Virus record (IMG/VR): IMGVR_UViG_3300020581_000009 | Coordinates: 22,611-86,610 of that record | Direction: 5' to 3' (one strand) | Source: a virus | Lineage: Duplodnaviria; Heunggongvirae; Uroviricota; Caudoviricetes | Length of the DNA: 64,000 bases | Shown: in pieces, positions 18,922-27,859 of the stretch | How positions within the stretch are numbered: position 1 is the first letter of the stretch | Layout of the letters: each line of letters opens with the position of its first letter | Notes under the pieces: model-generated | The model's database searches: none | The model's input: only the letters and a program-made list of their open reading frames with translations | What the model was told of the DNA's origin: nothing | Program-made: the position numbers and the translations under genes

Positions 18922-18967
18922 GGGCCGGGCAAACGTGGGGAAAGCGTAGCCCGGCCCTTTCCGTTTG
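18922..18967 (+). terminator. putative rho-independent terminator
   Basis: GGGCCGGGC-N18-GCCCGGCCC stem followed by TTTCCGTTTG. Confidence 0.4.
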
Positions 18968-19068
18968 ATTCGCCATAAAGTGCTTGACGGCAGACAATAA
19001 ATAGCGCAATACCTCCCAAACGGGAGGCTATCGTGATTCCTGTGGATAACTACTCGGTCGTGGCCTAA

Positions 19069-20577
19069 GTGCCGGCCCTCTCCATCGACCATGAAATGGC
19101 CCTATACGAGGCTGCGGCGGTCGAAAACGCCCTCTTTGACGGGTATCCGCCCCCCGGCGATCTGGTCATAGGAACCCATGACAAGGGCGCTATGCGGGTC
19201 GCCGCTGTCCGTGTGGGTGTGAATGAACAGTCCCTCAGACGCAGAATCGGCACTCCAGAGGCTCCGGGTGCGATAGAGAAGCGATTCGGTATCTCCGTCG
19301 ATTGGAGCATGTACCGGCCGAAACTCCCTGTAGATGAGACTGAGGAGCTAGAGGCCACGGTCGAGCTATACAAGCGCGAGGGGAGTATTTTTAAGGCTGC
19401 GCTCGCCGCCGGCACCAGCAAAGACACCATACGGATGCGGATCCACAAGGCCGCCGAACGCGGCATGTTGGGGACTGAGCCTGTACTGCCTGGGTTTCGA
19501 ATCAAAGAGGCATCCCGGCAGATCGGACCTGACGGCGAGCTACAAAAGGAATGGATACGGCAGGCCAAGGAGCATGGTGAACCATTCACGTTGCCGGATG
19601 GTCATATCATAAAAGGCATCTCCGCGCTCACAGACGAAGACGGCCGACTCATTCAGCAGTGGGTGAAGACGAAGACTGATACGGTAACGGCTGATTTGGT
19701 CGCGGCGCTCAAGGAGACATTCAAGGAGTACAGCGGCAAGGCTCCGTTGATTCGCGCGCCAAGGAATAGCGACGAATCACTTCTCAGCGTTTATCCCATA
19801 GCAGACCAACATATCGGACTCTTGGCCTGGGGCAAGGAGACCGGGGACGGCGATTACGACCTGAAGATTGGTGTCGAGCGACTCCGCTCATGTGCGACTC
19901 GTCTTGTCAGTCAAAGCCCTCCAAGCAAGCACGCAATCATATTGAACCTTGGGGATTTCCAGCATACAGACGATTCGAAGAATATGACACCCGGTCATGG
20001 AAACATTCTGGACGTGGATAGTCGGTATTTCAAGCTACTCCAAGCCGGCGTTCAGCTAATGATGGACGTAATAGAACTCGCGTTGCAAAAACACGACACA
20101 GTGCTTGTTAGGAACATTCCAGGCAACCACGATCCACACGCTTCAATCGCTTTAACCGTAGCTCTTGGTGCATTCTATTCGAGACACCTCCGAGTCGTCA
20201 TTGACGACGACCCCGGAGATTTCTTTTTCCATCGTTTCGGTGCAACTTTGATTGGAGCTACACACGGACACAAGTGCAAACCTGATAAGATGGCTATGGC
20301 TATGGCCGTTCGGTGTCGAGAGGACTGGGGCGCGACTAAGTACCATTATTTTATGCACGGCCACTTTCACCACGAGGCGACTAAAGAGGTTGGAGACGTG
20401 CGCGTGGAGGGATTCCAGACACTCGCAGCCAATGACGCCTATTCAGCCTCACATGGGTACAGTTCCGGCAAGTCTCTAAACAGCATTACGATCCACTTCG
20501 ATGACGGAGAGATAGGACGGCACCGAATCAACTTTCCTCCCTCTCTGCGTAAAGCTACAAAATTTGAGGGCGCATAA
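19069..20577 (+). CDS. calcineurin-like metallophosphoesterase with N-terminal extension
   Basis: LNLGDFQH, IPGNHD, GATHGH motifs; GTG start preceded by an 11-codon upstream ORF with GGGAGG RBS. Confidence 0.7.
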   Translation: MPALSIDHEMALYEAAAVENALFDGYPPPGDLVIGTHDKGAMRVAAVRVGVNEQSLRRRIGTPEAPGAIEKRFGISVDWSMYRPKLPVDETEELEATVELYKREGSIFKAALAAGTSKDTIRMRIHKAAERGMLGTEPVLPGFRIKEASRQIGPDGELQKEWIRQAKEHGEPFTLPDGHIIKGISALTDEDGRLIQQWVKTKTDTVTADLVAALKETFKEYSGKAPLIRAPRNSDESLLSVYPIADQHIGLLAWGKETGDGDYDLKIGVERLRSCATRLVSQSPPSKHAIILNLGDFQHTDDSKNMTPGHGNILDVDSRYFKLLQAGVQLMMDVIELALQKHDTVLVRNIPGNHDPHASIALTVALGAFYSRHLRVVIDDDPGDFFFHRFGATLIGATHGHKCKPDKMAMAMAVRCREDWGATKYHYFMHGHFHHEATKEVGDVRVEGFQTLAANDAYSASHGYSSGKSLNSITIHFDDGEIGRHRINFPPSLRKATKFEGA

Positions 20578-20925
20578 ATGAAATTACTATTCGTTGGCGA
20601 ATCGCGGTCACCAACCGCAAAAAGAATGGGCGTCACATGGAAAGATGGCCGCCTTGCTGCTAAGCCATTATTCGAGGCATTAGAGTTTATTGGCATAGAC
20701 CCAGCGCAACATAAGTTTGTGAACTGGTTTGAAGGTGGAAAGCAGGCGGTACGAAGTTTTCGCGATGGTTCGATTGTGGCGATGGGAAAGAAAGTACAGA
20801 GAGCGCTTGATGCCGAAGGTATCCAATACATTGGGATTGTCCATCCTGCTGCTCGTGGAAAAATTAGAAAGAGAGAGACCTATATCTCACACGTTTACGC
20901 TGCTTTGAGCGAGTTGAAACTTTGA
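20578..20925 (+). CDS. hypothetical protein
   Basis: ATGA-type overlap. Confidence 0.45.
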   Translation: MKLLFVGESRSPTAKRMGVTWKDGRLAAKPLFEALEFIGIDPAQHKFVNWFEGGKQAVRSFRDGSIVAMGKKVQRALDAEGIQYIGIVHPAARGKIRKRETYISHVYAALSELKL

Positions 20926-21350
20926 CGACCGTTACATTCAGGGCCGGGGTGCTCGCGAGCGACTCCAACTGCTCGGCTGGCGGCTTGCGCGTCTATCGCG
21001 TACGGAAGATATTCCGCCTAGAGGATGGGTCGCTCGCGGGTTTCGCCGGGGATTTGGCCGAGGGCATGAAAATGATAGACTGGCTGGATGACGGCGCCGA
21101 GCCTGAATCGCGCCCAGGAATTCAGAACGTTCACGGCCTTGTGGTGAGACCTAGCGGGAGAATCACGCTATACGAGGGCGGCGTGCCGATTAACCCGAGA
21201 GCGCCGAAGTACATAGCGATCGGCACCGGCCAGGGCGTGGCGATGGGGGCGATGTTCAGCGGGGCGAGCGCGATTGAGGCAGTGCGGGCGGCGATAGAGC
21301 ACGATGATTGCTCGCGAGGCCCGGTGATCTCGATGAGGTTGAAACGATGA
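20922..21350 (+). CDS. HslV/proteasome beta-like Ntn-hydrolase peptidase
   Basis: N-terminal MTTV (Thr1 nucleophile position), FAGDLAEGMKMIDWL and IAIGTGQGVAMGA resemble HslV FAGGTADAF... and IAIGSGG... Confidence 0.55.
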   Translation: MTTVTFRAGVLASDSNCSAGGLRVYRVRKIFRLEDGSLAGFAGDLAEGMKMIDWLDDGAEPESRPGIQNVHGLVVRPSGRITLYEGGVPINPRAPKYIAIGTGQGVAMGAMFSGASAIEAVRAAIEHDDCSRGPVISMRLKR

Positions 21351-21565
21351 CATGGGAAGAATTTAAGGATTCCGTTGAAAAATACCTAGCTGAAAAATGC
21401 ATCAATGGTTCAATTAAGGTGGATTATATTAAAATTGAACCAAACCGTGATCTAAATTTCTATCAAGCGTGAGATTGCAAAAGGAGGACACGGCGTCAAC
21501 AGAGCGCTCGCTAAAAAACATGGCGTAACTGATGCATTGATTTCATCTATAAAGCATGGGAGGGC

Positions 21566-21943
21566 ATGGACATGCGTATCTATCTAGCCGGTGCGATGAG
21601 AAATATCCCCTTTTTCAATTTTCCTGCCTTTCACGCGGCAGCAGCGAAGTTGCGCGCCGAGGGGCACGAAGTATTCAGCCCAGCCGAGCGCGATATAGAA
21701 CGTCATGGCGGAGTTGATATATCTGCCGGAAACGTAACCGGCGACGAACGAGAGTCCGCTGAGAAACATGGTTTCGATCTTCGGGTGGCATTGGGAGAAG
21801 ATTTGGCGTGGATCTGCGCCCATGCAGAGGCCATAGCTCTCCTGCCGGGATGGACGAGAAGTCGAGGAGCTACTGCCGAACATGCGACGGCGCTAGCTCT
21901 TGGGTTGAAGGTAATTCAGTTGGAGTTTAGCGAGCATGACTGA
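21566..21943 (+). CDS. DUF4406 (nucleoside 2-deoxyribosyltransferase-like) protein
   Basis: IYLAGAM...AEGHEVFSP...LLPGW.RSRGA pattern. Confidence 0.5.
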   Translation: MDMRIYLAGAMRNIPFFNFPAFHAAAAKLRAEGHEVFSPAERDIERHGGVDISAGNVTGDERESAEKHGFDLRVALGEDLAWICAHAEAIALLPGWTRSRGATAEHATALALGLKVIQLEFSEHD

Positions 21944-22448
21944 TACGAAGCCGTCGAATCCGAAAGACGCCTATGGGATCGCCAAGGTCTCTCTGTCTTA
22001 TGTCCCCTCAGGTGTCCTTATGGAGGTCGCCCTTGGGATGATGGAGGGAGGCTATAAATACGGGCGGCACAACTACAGGGTTATCGGCGTGCGCGGCAGT
22101 GTCTATTACGACGCCACGATTCGCCACCTCATGGCATGGTGGGAGGGGGAGGATCTTGACCCAAACAGCGGGGCCGGTCTTCACCATATCAGCAAGGCGA
22201 TTGCGTCACTGACGGTTCTACGGGACGCCATGATGTCCGATAAATTTGTGGACGACCGCCCCCCAGTAACCCTAAAGGCTGGCTGGATCGAGGGGATGGC
22301 ACACACCGTCAGGCAGTTGCAGGCGACGTTCCCCAATCCGATCGAGCCCTACTTACAGGTTAAGGACTCACCGGATAAGCCGACCCAAGCCGCATCTGAG
22401 GTCTCCGGGTCGCCATCGGTCGCGGCCAGTGGTCCGGTAGCCTCGTGA
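21936..22448 (+). CDS. DUF5664 / dATP-dGTP diphosphohydrolase N-terminal-like domain protein
   Basis: GGYKYGRHNYR...RHLMAWWEGEDLDPNSGAGLHHISKAIASLTVL pattern. Confidence 0.45.
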   Translation: MTDTKPSNPKDAYGIAKVSLSYVPSGVLMEVALGMMEGGYKYGRHNYRVIGVRGSVYYDATIRHLMAWWEGEDLDPNSGAGLHHISKAIASLTVLRDAMMSDKFVDDRPPVTLKAGWIEGMAHTVRQLQATFPNPIEPYLQVKDSPDKPTQAASEVSGSPSVAASGPVAS

Positions 22449-23130
22449 GGGGCCTCGTAATCAGATCGCTAAGCACCCTCCGGGGCGCGTCGGTGCGGTT
22501 CCACGGCTCCGGGGCTACTTCGGGTGCCGTCGCGTCAAAGGCCTCCAGTGAGCCTCTAAGGGCCATACAGAGGCGTCCTAGACCGTCGTGCCAACCCACG
22601 TAGTTCGCACGCTGCCGGGCAAGCTCTATGACCGATGGGCACCACTTAATGGGGCAATATGCTCCCGTAGAGTATAAATCCCTGCCACGGCATTCACCGA
22701 CGATGGCTGCGGCGCCGGATGGACCCCTCGCCGGCTGGACTCGTGAAGGGAAGGGTTCGTAGTCGCGACCCCAGGCAGGCCGTGTCTTCATGATGCCATG
22801 GTACCGAATCAAAGCTGACGGTTTTATGGTCTCGGTCAGGAGGACATCATGCGCCATAAAGAGGGCGTCGAACGGCCCCATTATGGCGGTGTGGTGGGTC
22901 TCCCAATCAATCTGGCAGTCATCAAGGGCATCTACGGCGGCCTCGATGGTTTCCGCGTCCTTGTGGGGGATGCCAAAATCGTAGCGCTGGCCGCCGCCGC
23001 CCCTGCCAGTCTGGATGGGACCGAAGCCTAAATTATCCCAGCGCATACCCTCCGCAGATGAGGTGTATCTTTTCTGCAATTCCTCAAATGCCCAGCACGA
23101 TAATTTGTCAACGGGGACACTCTGCTTCAC
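22360..23130 (-). CDS. hypothetical protein
   Basis: ORF; ATGA overlap with upstream HNH gene; true start may be internal. Confidence 0.35.
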   Translation of the reverse strand: MKQSVPVDKLSCWAFEELQKRYTSSAEGMRWDNLGFGPIQTGRGGGGQRYDFGIPHKDAETIEAAVDALDDCQIDWETHHTAIMGPFDALFMAHDVLLTETIKPSALIRYHGIMKTRPAWGRDYEPFPSRVQPARGPSGAAAIVGECRGRDLYSTGAYCPIKWCPSVIELARQRANYVGWHDGLGRLCMALRGSLEAFDATAPEVAPEPWNRTDAPRRVLSDLITRPLTRLPDHWPRPMATRRPQMRLGSAYPVSP

Positions 23131-23504
23131 GGTGTAAGGGCCATACGAGGCTTATGGTGTTTGCCGTGTTCTGACGCCGTTAACACCTCAAGATTTTCTT
23201 CAGAATTATTAAATTTGTCTCCATCGACATGATGAGCGTGTTCCCACGACTCCAGCAAGCGGCCAATCTTGTTTTCGGCCACCACCCTATGCAGGGGGTA
23301 TAAGCCCTTGGAATTTCTTTTGGGGTGCGGTGGGTCGGTGCGGCAATATTGGTAGCCGCCACCCTTACATATGGAGAGTATCTTGAACACTTTTTGGCTC
23401 CAATCTAAGGGATTGGTTGCGGAGGGCCGAAATTGCATCGGCCGTCTCGCGGTTATGAGCCGCGCCTGGGGCTTGGTTACCTTCTCCAGACACTCCGCCA
23501 GCAC
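23127..23504 (-). CDS. HNH endonuclease
   Basis: HAHHVDGDKFNNSEENLEVLTASEHGKHH. Confidence 0.7.
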   Translation of the reverse strand: MLAECLEKVTKPQARLITARRPMQFRPSATNPLDWSQKVFKILSICKGGGYQYCRTDPPHPKRNSKGLYPLHRVVAENKIGRLLESWEHAHHVDGDKFNNSEENLEVLTASEHGKHHKPRMALTP

Positions 23505-23613
23505 TAAATGCCACTAAATATGGTATACGTCAAGGCCTTGGCATGGAGGGTAGTGGTACAGTTTGAAAATCAAGCCACTCGCGCCCTAGGCCGATCGGTG
23601 GCATAATTCCACG

Positions 23614-23862
23614 ATGTCAGAAAAGCGCCTTCCCCGCCCGCGCGATCCCGTCCAACTCGGCAAACTGGTTGGTGATATTCTCACTGGCCAAATCGAAGAC
23701 CGCGCGCCGGCACCACCAGCCGACCCCAACAAAGACCCAGCCGCTGTCTCCCTCGGTCGGCGGGGCGGCCTCAAGGGCGGCACCGCGCGGGCCGCCAAGA
23801 TGACCCCGGAGCGGCGCGCCGAGATAGCCAAGAAGGCCGCCAAGGCCCGTTGGGGCAAATAG
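23614..23862 (+). CDS. IS-associated small Arg/Lys-rich protein (accessory ORF)
   Basis: RPRDPVQLGKLVGDILTGQIEDRAPAPP...RRAEIAKKAAKARW; paralog of 7490-7750. Confidence 0.55.
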   Translation: MSEKRLPRPRDPVQLGKLVGDILTGQIEDRAPAPPADPNKDPAAVSLGRRGGLKGGTARAAKMTPERRAEIAKKAAKARWGK

Positions 23863-23934
23863 CCCCCGTCTTGGGTATTGGTTACGTCTTGTCACAAGAA
23901 GACCTTGCAATCCAAGATCGGTTAATTTACACCC

Positions 23935-24402
23935 ATGGCAGAGGTAATTGCCATGACCACAAAATCCGCCAAAGACGAGATGCTGTCGGCGCACGAAGCC
24001 ATGGCCGCCGTGCTCGATGTCAAGCTCAAGAATGTGCCGGAATGGCAGGCTTTTCGCGCGATTGACCGGGCACTGGTGGCGCTGGGGACCGAGCAGTCTG
24101 TTGCCCCTGCTTCGCCCGCGCCGCTCCAGCGAATCGAGCGAGTCCGACTCAACGGCGCGCCTGTACCGTACATGACCCTTGTCAGTCAGGCCCTTACCGA
24201 AGCTGGTAAGCCCGTCACCACCAGCAAGCTCATGGAATATATAACGCGGCATCGTCATTTCGACGACCTGGATAAGGGGAAAATCGTGGTCCAATCGTCC
24301 CTGAGCAAGGACAAGCGATTCAAAAGCGTGCCATGGGAAGATGGCCGGGCGTGGTGGTACGCCGACCGGCAGATCCCGAAAAAGGAAACGGCGGGAGGCT
24401 AG
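23935..24402 (+). CDS. hypothetical protein (IS cargo)
   Basis: 155-aa ORF between accessory ORF and transposase. Confidence 0.4.
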   Translation: MAEVIAMTTKSAKDEMLSAHEAMAAVLDVKLKNVPEWQAFRAIDRALVALGTEQSVAPASPAPLQRIERVRLNGAPVPYMTLVSQALTEAGKPVTTSKLMEYITRHRHFDDLDKGKIVVQSSLSKDKRFKSVPWEDGRAWWYADRQIPKKETAGG

Positions 24403-24605
24403 TCCCGCCGCCAAGACCCCGGCTGCACTCAGGCCGCGATTACTGGTGCAGTCGGCAGACCGAGCGAGTCGGTCACGGTAGTCCCGGAAGGGCTGCCATC
24501 TAGCATACCGGGGCGTCGCGGTCAATAGCAAAATAAGCAGAGGATTGGAATCCCTATCAAACTGTAAGATTATGCTTGACCGTTCGGGCATGATAGTGCA
24601 TTATC

Positions 24606-25454
24606 GTGTCCATGAACAAGCTCACCCCAGAAAAGCGCGCCCAAGCCCTCCAAATGATGGCAGAAGGCATATCCCTGCGGGCCACCACGCGGTTGACCGG
24701 CATTAGTCGGACCACGCTGCTGAAGCTCCTAGAGGATGCCGGGCAGGCGTTCTCCGAATATCAAGACCGCGCGCTTGTTAACCTGCCGTGCAAGCGCATT
24801 CAGGTCGATGAGGCATGGGCTTTTTGCTATGCAAAGCAAAAGAACGTCCCGACCGCGAAGGCTGCCCCTGACGGTGCCGGCGATATCTGGACATGGGTTG
24901 GCATCGATGCCGACACGAAGCTTGTCGCGTCTTGGTATGTCGGCAATCGCGATAGCGAAGCCGCCATGACGTTCATGGACGATCTGGCCCCAAGGCTTGC
25001 TTCCCGCGTTCAACTCACCAGCGACGGCCACAAGCCCTACCTAGAGGCCGTTGAGGGCGCCTTTGGCGGCGATATCGACTTTGCGGTTTTGGTGAAGATT
25101 TACGGTGCGGCCCCGGAAGGCCAGCGCCGCTACAGCCCGGCCATCTGCACCGGAGCGAAAAAGTATCGCGTCGAAGGAAACCCCGATCCGGCGCATGTCA
25201 GTACGTCCTACGTTGAGCGCCAAAACCTGAATATCAGGATGGGCAATCGTCGCATGACGCGACTCACGAATGCCTTTTCAAAGAAGGCCGAAAATCACGC
25301 GCACATGATGGCGATCTACTTCATGCACTACAATTTTGTGCGTATCCATCAGACCTTGAAGGTCACCCCGGCGATGGCCGCTGGCGTCACGCCCAAGCTT
25401 TGGGAAATGGCCGACTTGGTGAAGGTGCTGGAGGATTGGGAAGCCATTCAATGA
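24606..25454 (+). CDS. IS1/IS1595-superfamily DDE transposase
   Basis: N-terminal HTH; C-terminal YVERQNLNIRMGNRRMTRLTNAFSKKAENH..YNFVRIH resembles IS1 InsB ERHNLNLR..RL.R.S.SFSK. Confidence 0.7.
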   Translation: MSMNKLTPEKRAQALQMMAEGISLRATTRLTGISRTTLLKLLEDAGQAFSEYQDRALVNLPCKRIQVDEAWAFCYAKQKNVPTAKAAPDGAGDIWTWVGIDADTKLVASWYVGNRDSEAAMTFMDDLAPRLASRVQLTSDGHKPYLEAVEGAFGGDIDFAVLVKIYGAAPEGQRRYSPAICTGAKKYRVEGNPDPAHVSTSYVERQNLNIRMGNRRMTRLTNAFSKKAENHAHMMAIYFMHYNFVRIHQTLKVTPAMAAGVTPKLWEMADLVKVLEDWEAIQ

Positions 25455-25600
25455 GCACCAAGACCGAAATCGGATGCTGGGCATTCGCCGCCCCAATTGT
25501 GGTCGCTGGCTGGCTTCTTGGCGTGCTTTTACTCTACGGCATAGTTGTTATCATTTTCCGATATGCGTTCGGCGTCGAATTGTGGAACCCGTTCCATTGA
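25451..25600 (+). CDS. small membrane protein (IS cargo)
   Basis: ATGA overlap with transposase stop; hydrophobic. Confidence 0.35.
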   Translation: MSTKTEIGCWAFAAPIVVAGWLLGVLLLYGIVVIIFRYAFGVELWNPFH

Positions 25601-25615
25601 GCGCCACAACGACAT

Positions 25616-25853
25616 AATGGAGTCCGTTATGGGCCGAAAAACTTCGCTAGTTGACCTAATCGCCACGCAAGAACCAGAAACAACTGCGAAAGGTGAAACC
25701 GTAGTGGTGACAGCGCCTGTAATCGTTGCCGGTAGGCCAGACGCTCCCGGTCAAGTTCGTCTAACACTGACGATTGAACAGGCCGAATATCTGGCAGCTC
25801 AGATTCAACCCGTTCTTCGAATAGCTCGCGGAAATGCTCGGCAAAAGAGATAG
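25616..25853 (+). CDS. hypothetical protein (IS cargo)
   Basis: internal ATG of listed ORF 25545-25853. Confidence 0.3.
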
Positions 25854-25885
25854 TCATGTGAGACTTCGCCTTTCAAACTGTACCA

Positions 25886-26224
25886 CTACCGCATGGAGTT
25901 AGACCGGGAGGCTTGCAAGCGATCCCATTGTCTACTGAACCTCTCTGGCCCCGAGCGCGGACCATGGATTTTCGCTCGGTTTCTCCCATTAGGAGCCGGT
26001 CTCCGTGACCGATAAAGCCTTTGAGGACTTCGACCGTCTAACCCCGTGTCAAGGTCTCCTTCAATGGCTTTAACCGCAAGTGCCACAGAATGTGGGATAG
26101 GCGTCTGCCCGGTCACATATCGCCAGATCGTGACCGGGTCGAGGTGTAATGCGCGGGCGAGAGGCGCTTTCCACTTGCGACCGTAAAGCTTCCGCCCGAT
26201 TCGCTCGAACTCAGTAGGCGTCAT
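25886..26224 (-). CDS. HTH (Cro/CI-like) DNA-binding protein, 3' end altered by IS insertion
   Basis: LARALHLDPVTIWRYVTGQTPIP; stop codon lies 5 bp inside IS right IR. Confidence 0.5.
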   Translation of the reverse strand: MTPTEFERIGRKLYGRKWKAPLARALHLDPVTIWRYVTGQTPIPHSVALAVKAIEGDLDTGLDGRSPQRLYRSRRPAPNGRNRAKIHGPRSGPERFSRQWDRLQASRSNSMR

Positions 26225-27801
26225 CCACGTACGAAGTCCGCAATGACGGCCGGCGCCGAAGCGTCAAAGCCCACACAATCCAGCATCCCGGCATCGGTTG
26301 GATCCGCGATCGAGAATCCCGTGCTGGTGAATCCAATCACGACGAGCTTTGCATTGATACCCGTCTTGTTCCGATAGTCCTGCAATGCAATGACCGGGTG
26401 AACTGCGCCCGCCCAACATTCGTTGTCAGTTTGCACGACAAAGGTGTCCACTTTCAGATCGTTACGAAGTGCATACAGCATCGGCAACGAGCAGTCTGTG
26501 CCGCCGCCGTTGATGTCGGACGTTTTCTCCGTGACGGTCGCAAGCGACATCTTGGCTGTGATGCCGAGGTCTCTCATCCCGTGGTCGAAGGCGAGGACAT
26601 GCCAGTTATTTTCGGTTCGCATGGTGACCATCGCCATTGCGGCTGAGGCTTCAGCGACCGTCAGAGACGACCCCATGAACGGAGAGCACATGGAACCAGA
26701 CACATCCAACCCAATTAGGGTACGCTTCCCGGTTGGCTCCACGTTCTGGAACGCCAGATAGAACGCATTGTCCAGCGCGTCGAGGATCGTCGGCACCGGC
26801 TCCCATTTGAGCGCACCTTTCACGCCGTGTCCGCTACGGTAGACTGCCAAAGCTTGGAGCACGTTGAACGGGTGAACACGCGACTTGCGGATTTCCTCCC
26901 CGAGAGACAGGCGGTTTACGACAAGAGCCGTATCGTCACTCAGCGGCTTCAGTGCACCGATGGAAGTCATCTTGCCCAGGTTGCGAATCAGTGCCGTGAG
27001 GCCAAGATTCGGCAGCATGGCGGACCATACCTTGGGATTCGTCGTGGCCTCAGTCGGGATCGCCTCCCATGGGAGGTTGTATTCGCGAATCACGGCAAGA
27101 AGCTCAGACTCGTCATTGGTCTGCATGGCATAACGGTGGGCCTGAAGAATTCCCGGTACACCGAGAGGATCGAAATCCTTCCCGCAGATCCAGTTGTAAA
27201 GCGCCGCCTTCTCCGGAGTTCCGTCAGACTTCGGGTGCGCGCTCTGAAGCATACGCTTATGGGTGTAGTTCTCCCGTGCACGGTATTTGATGGCTTGATA
27301 CGCCAGCTTGTCGGCGCTCTTTGATTCGTACCACCTTGCAACGGCCCGCTTGAGCGTGCGGCCCCATCCACGCTTGAGAGCGCGAACGGTATCAACGAAC
27401 TGGAACAGGTGAGTCGAGGTGCGGCAGACCAGCGGGAGAGCGTTCAGCGCAAGTCTGCGAACGTTGACATCCGCATGAACGGCACCGAGAGCCAGCGCAA
27501 AGATGGCCGGATCATTCTTTGGTGCGCGGCCGGATTCGGAGATATTCACGATAACTGCCACGGTTCGCTCGGCATCCAAGCCGTAGCAGCGCTCGACGCA
27601 CTTCGCGTTCTCGCGGGTGAGTGCCTTGGCGTTCTGATAAAAAGTGTTGGAGTCCGATCCTAGAATCAGGAATCGGTCTAAGCGCGTCCAGTCAGACACG
27701 GCAAAGACGAAGCCCTTCGCGTTGTTGAGGACTTGCCGCTCGTTCAGCGGCTCAGTCTGCGGGATCGGCGCGGTCGCAAGGCGTGCGTATCTGGACATCA
27801 T
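26221..27801 (-). CDS. rsr: Ro60-related protein Rsr (TROVE domain + C-terminal vWA)
   Basis: about 525 aa; vWA MIDAS LIGLDVSGSM in C-terminal third; overall architecture of bacterial Ro60 orthologs; ATG pair at 27801/27798. Confidence 0.75.
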   Translation of the reverse strand: MMSRYARLATAPIPQTEPLNERQVLNNAKGFVFAVSDWTRLDRFLILGSDSNTFYQNAKALTRENAKCVERCYGLDAERTVAVIVNISESGRAPKNDPAIFALALGAVHADVNVRRLALNALPLVCRTSTHLFQFVDTVRALKRGWGRTLKRAVARWYESKSADKLAYQAIKYRARENYTHKRMLQSAHPKSDGTPEKAALYNWICGKDFDPLGVPGILQAHRYAMQTNDESELLAVIREYNLPWEAIPTEATTNPKVWSAMLPNLGLTALIRNLGKMTSIGALKPLSDDTALVVNRLSLGEEIRKSRVHPFNVLQALAVYRSGHGVKGALKWEPVPTILDALDNAFYLAFQNVEPTGKRTLIGLDVSGSMCSPFMGSSLTVAEASAAMAMVTMRTENNWHVLAFDHGMRDLGITAKMSLATVTEKTSDINGGGTDCSLPMLYALRNDLKVDTFVVQTDNECWAGAVHPVIALQDYRNKTGINAKLVVIGFTSTGFSIADPTDAGMLDCVGFDASAPAVIADFVRG

Positions 27802-27810
27802 TCTCTCCTC

Positions 27811-27854
27811 TGCCAATATCGTTAGAGAACACAGGCTCTACAACGATATTGGCA
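27811..27854. promoter_or_regulatory. perfect 13-bp inverted repeat TGCCAATATCGTT-N18-AACGATATTGGCA at rsr start
   Basis: seen directly; operator-like. Confidence 0.5.
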
Positions 27855-27859
27855 GATAG

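Larger units (their letters stand above)
23549..25890 (+). mobile_element. IS1/IS1595-superfamily-like insertion element, copy 2 (intact), with accessory and cargo ORFs
   Basis: IR GGTAGTGGTACAGTTTG (23549-23565) vs reverse complement at 25874-25890; flanked by 8-bp direct repeat GCATGGAG (23541-23548 and 25891-25898). Confidence 0.75.

Noticed and set aside
23617-24591. 324-aa minus-strand ORF spanning the IS accessory genes
   Set aside because: Antisense to two plus-strand genes, one of them conserved in both IS copies. Long open frames of this kind are typical in GC-rich DNA. No motifs.
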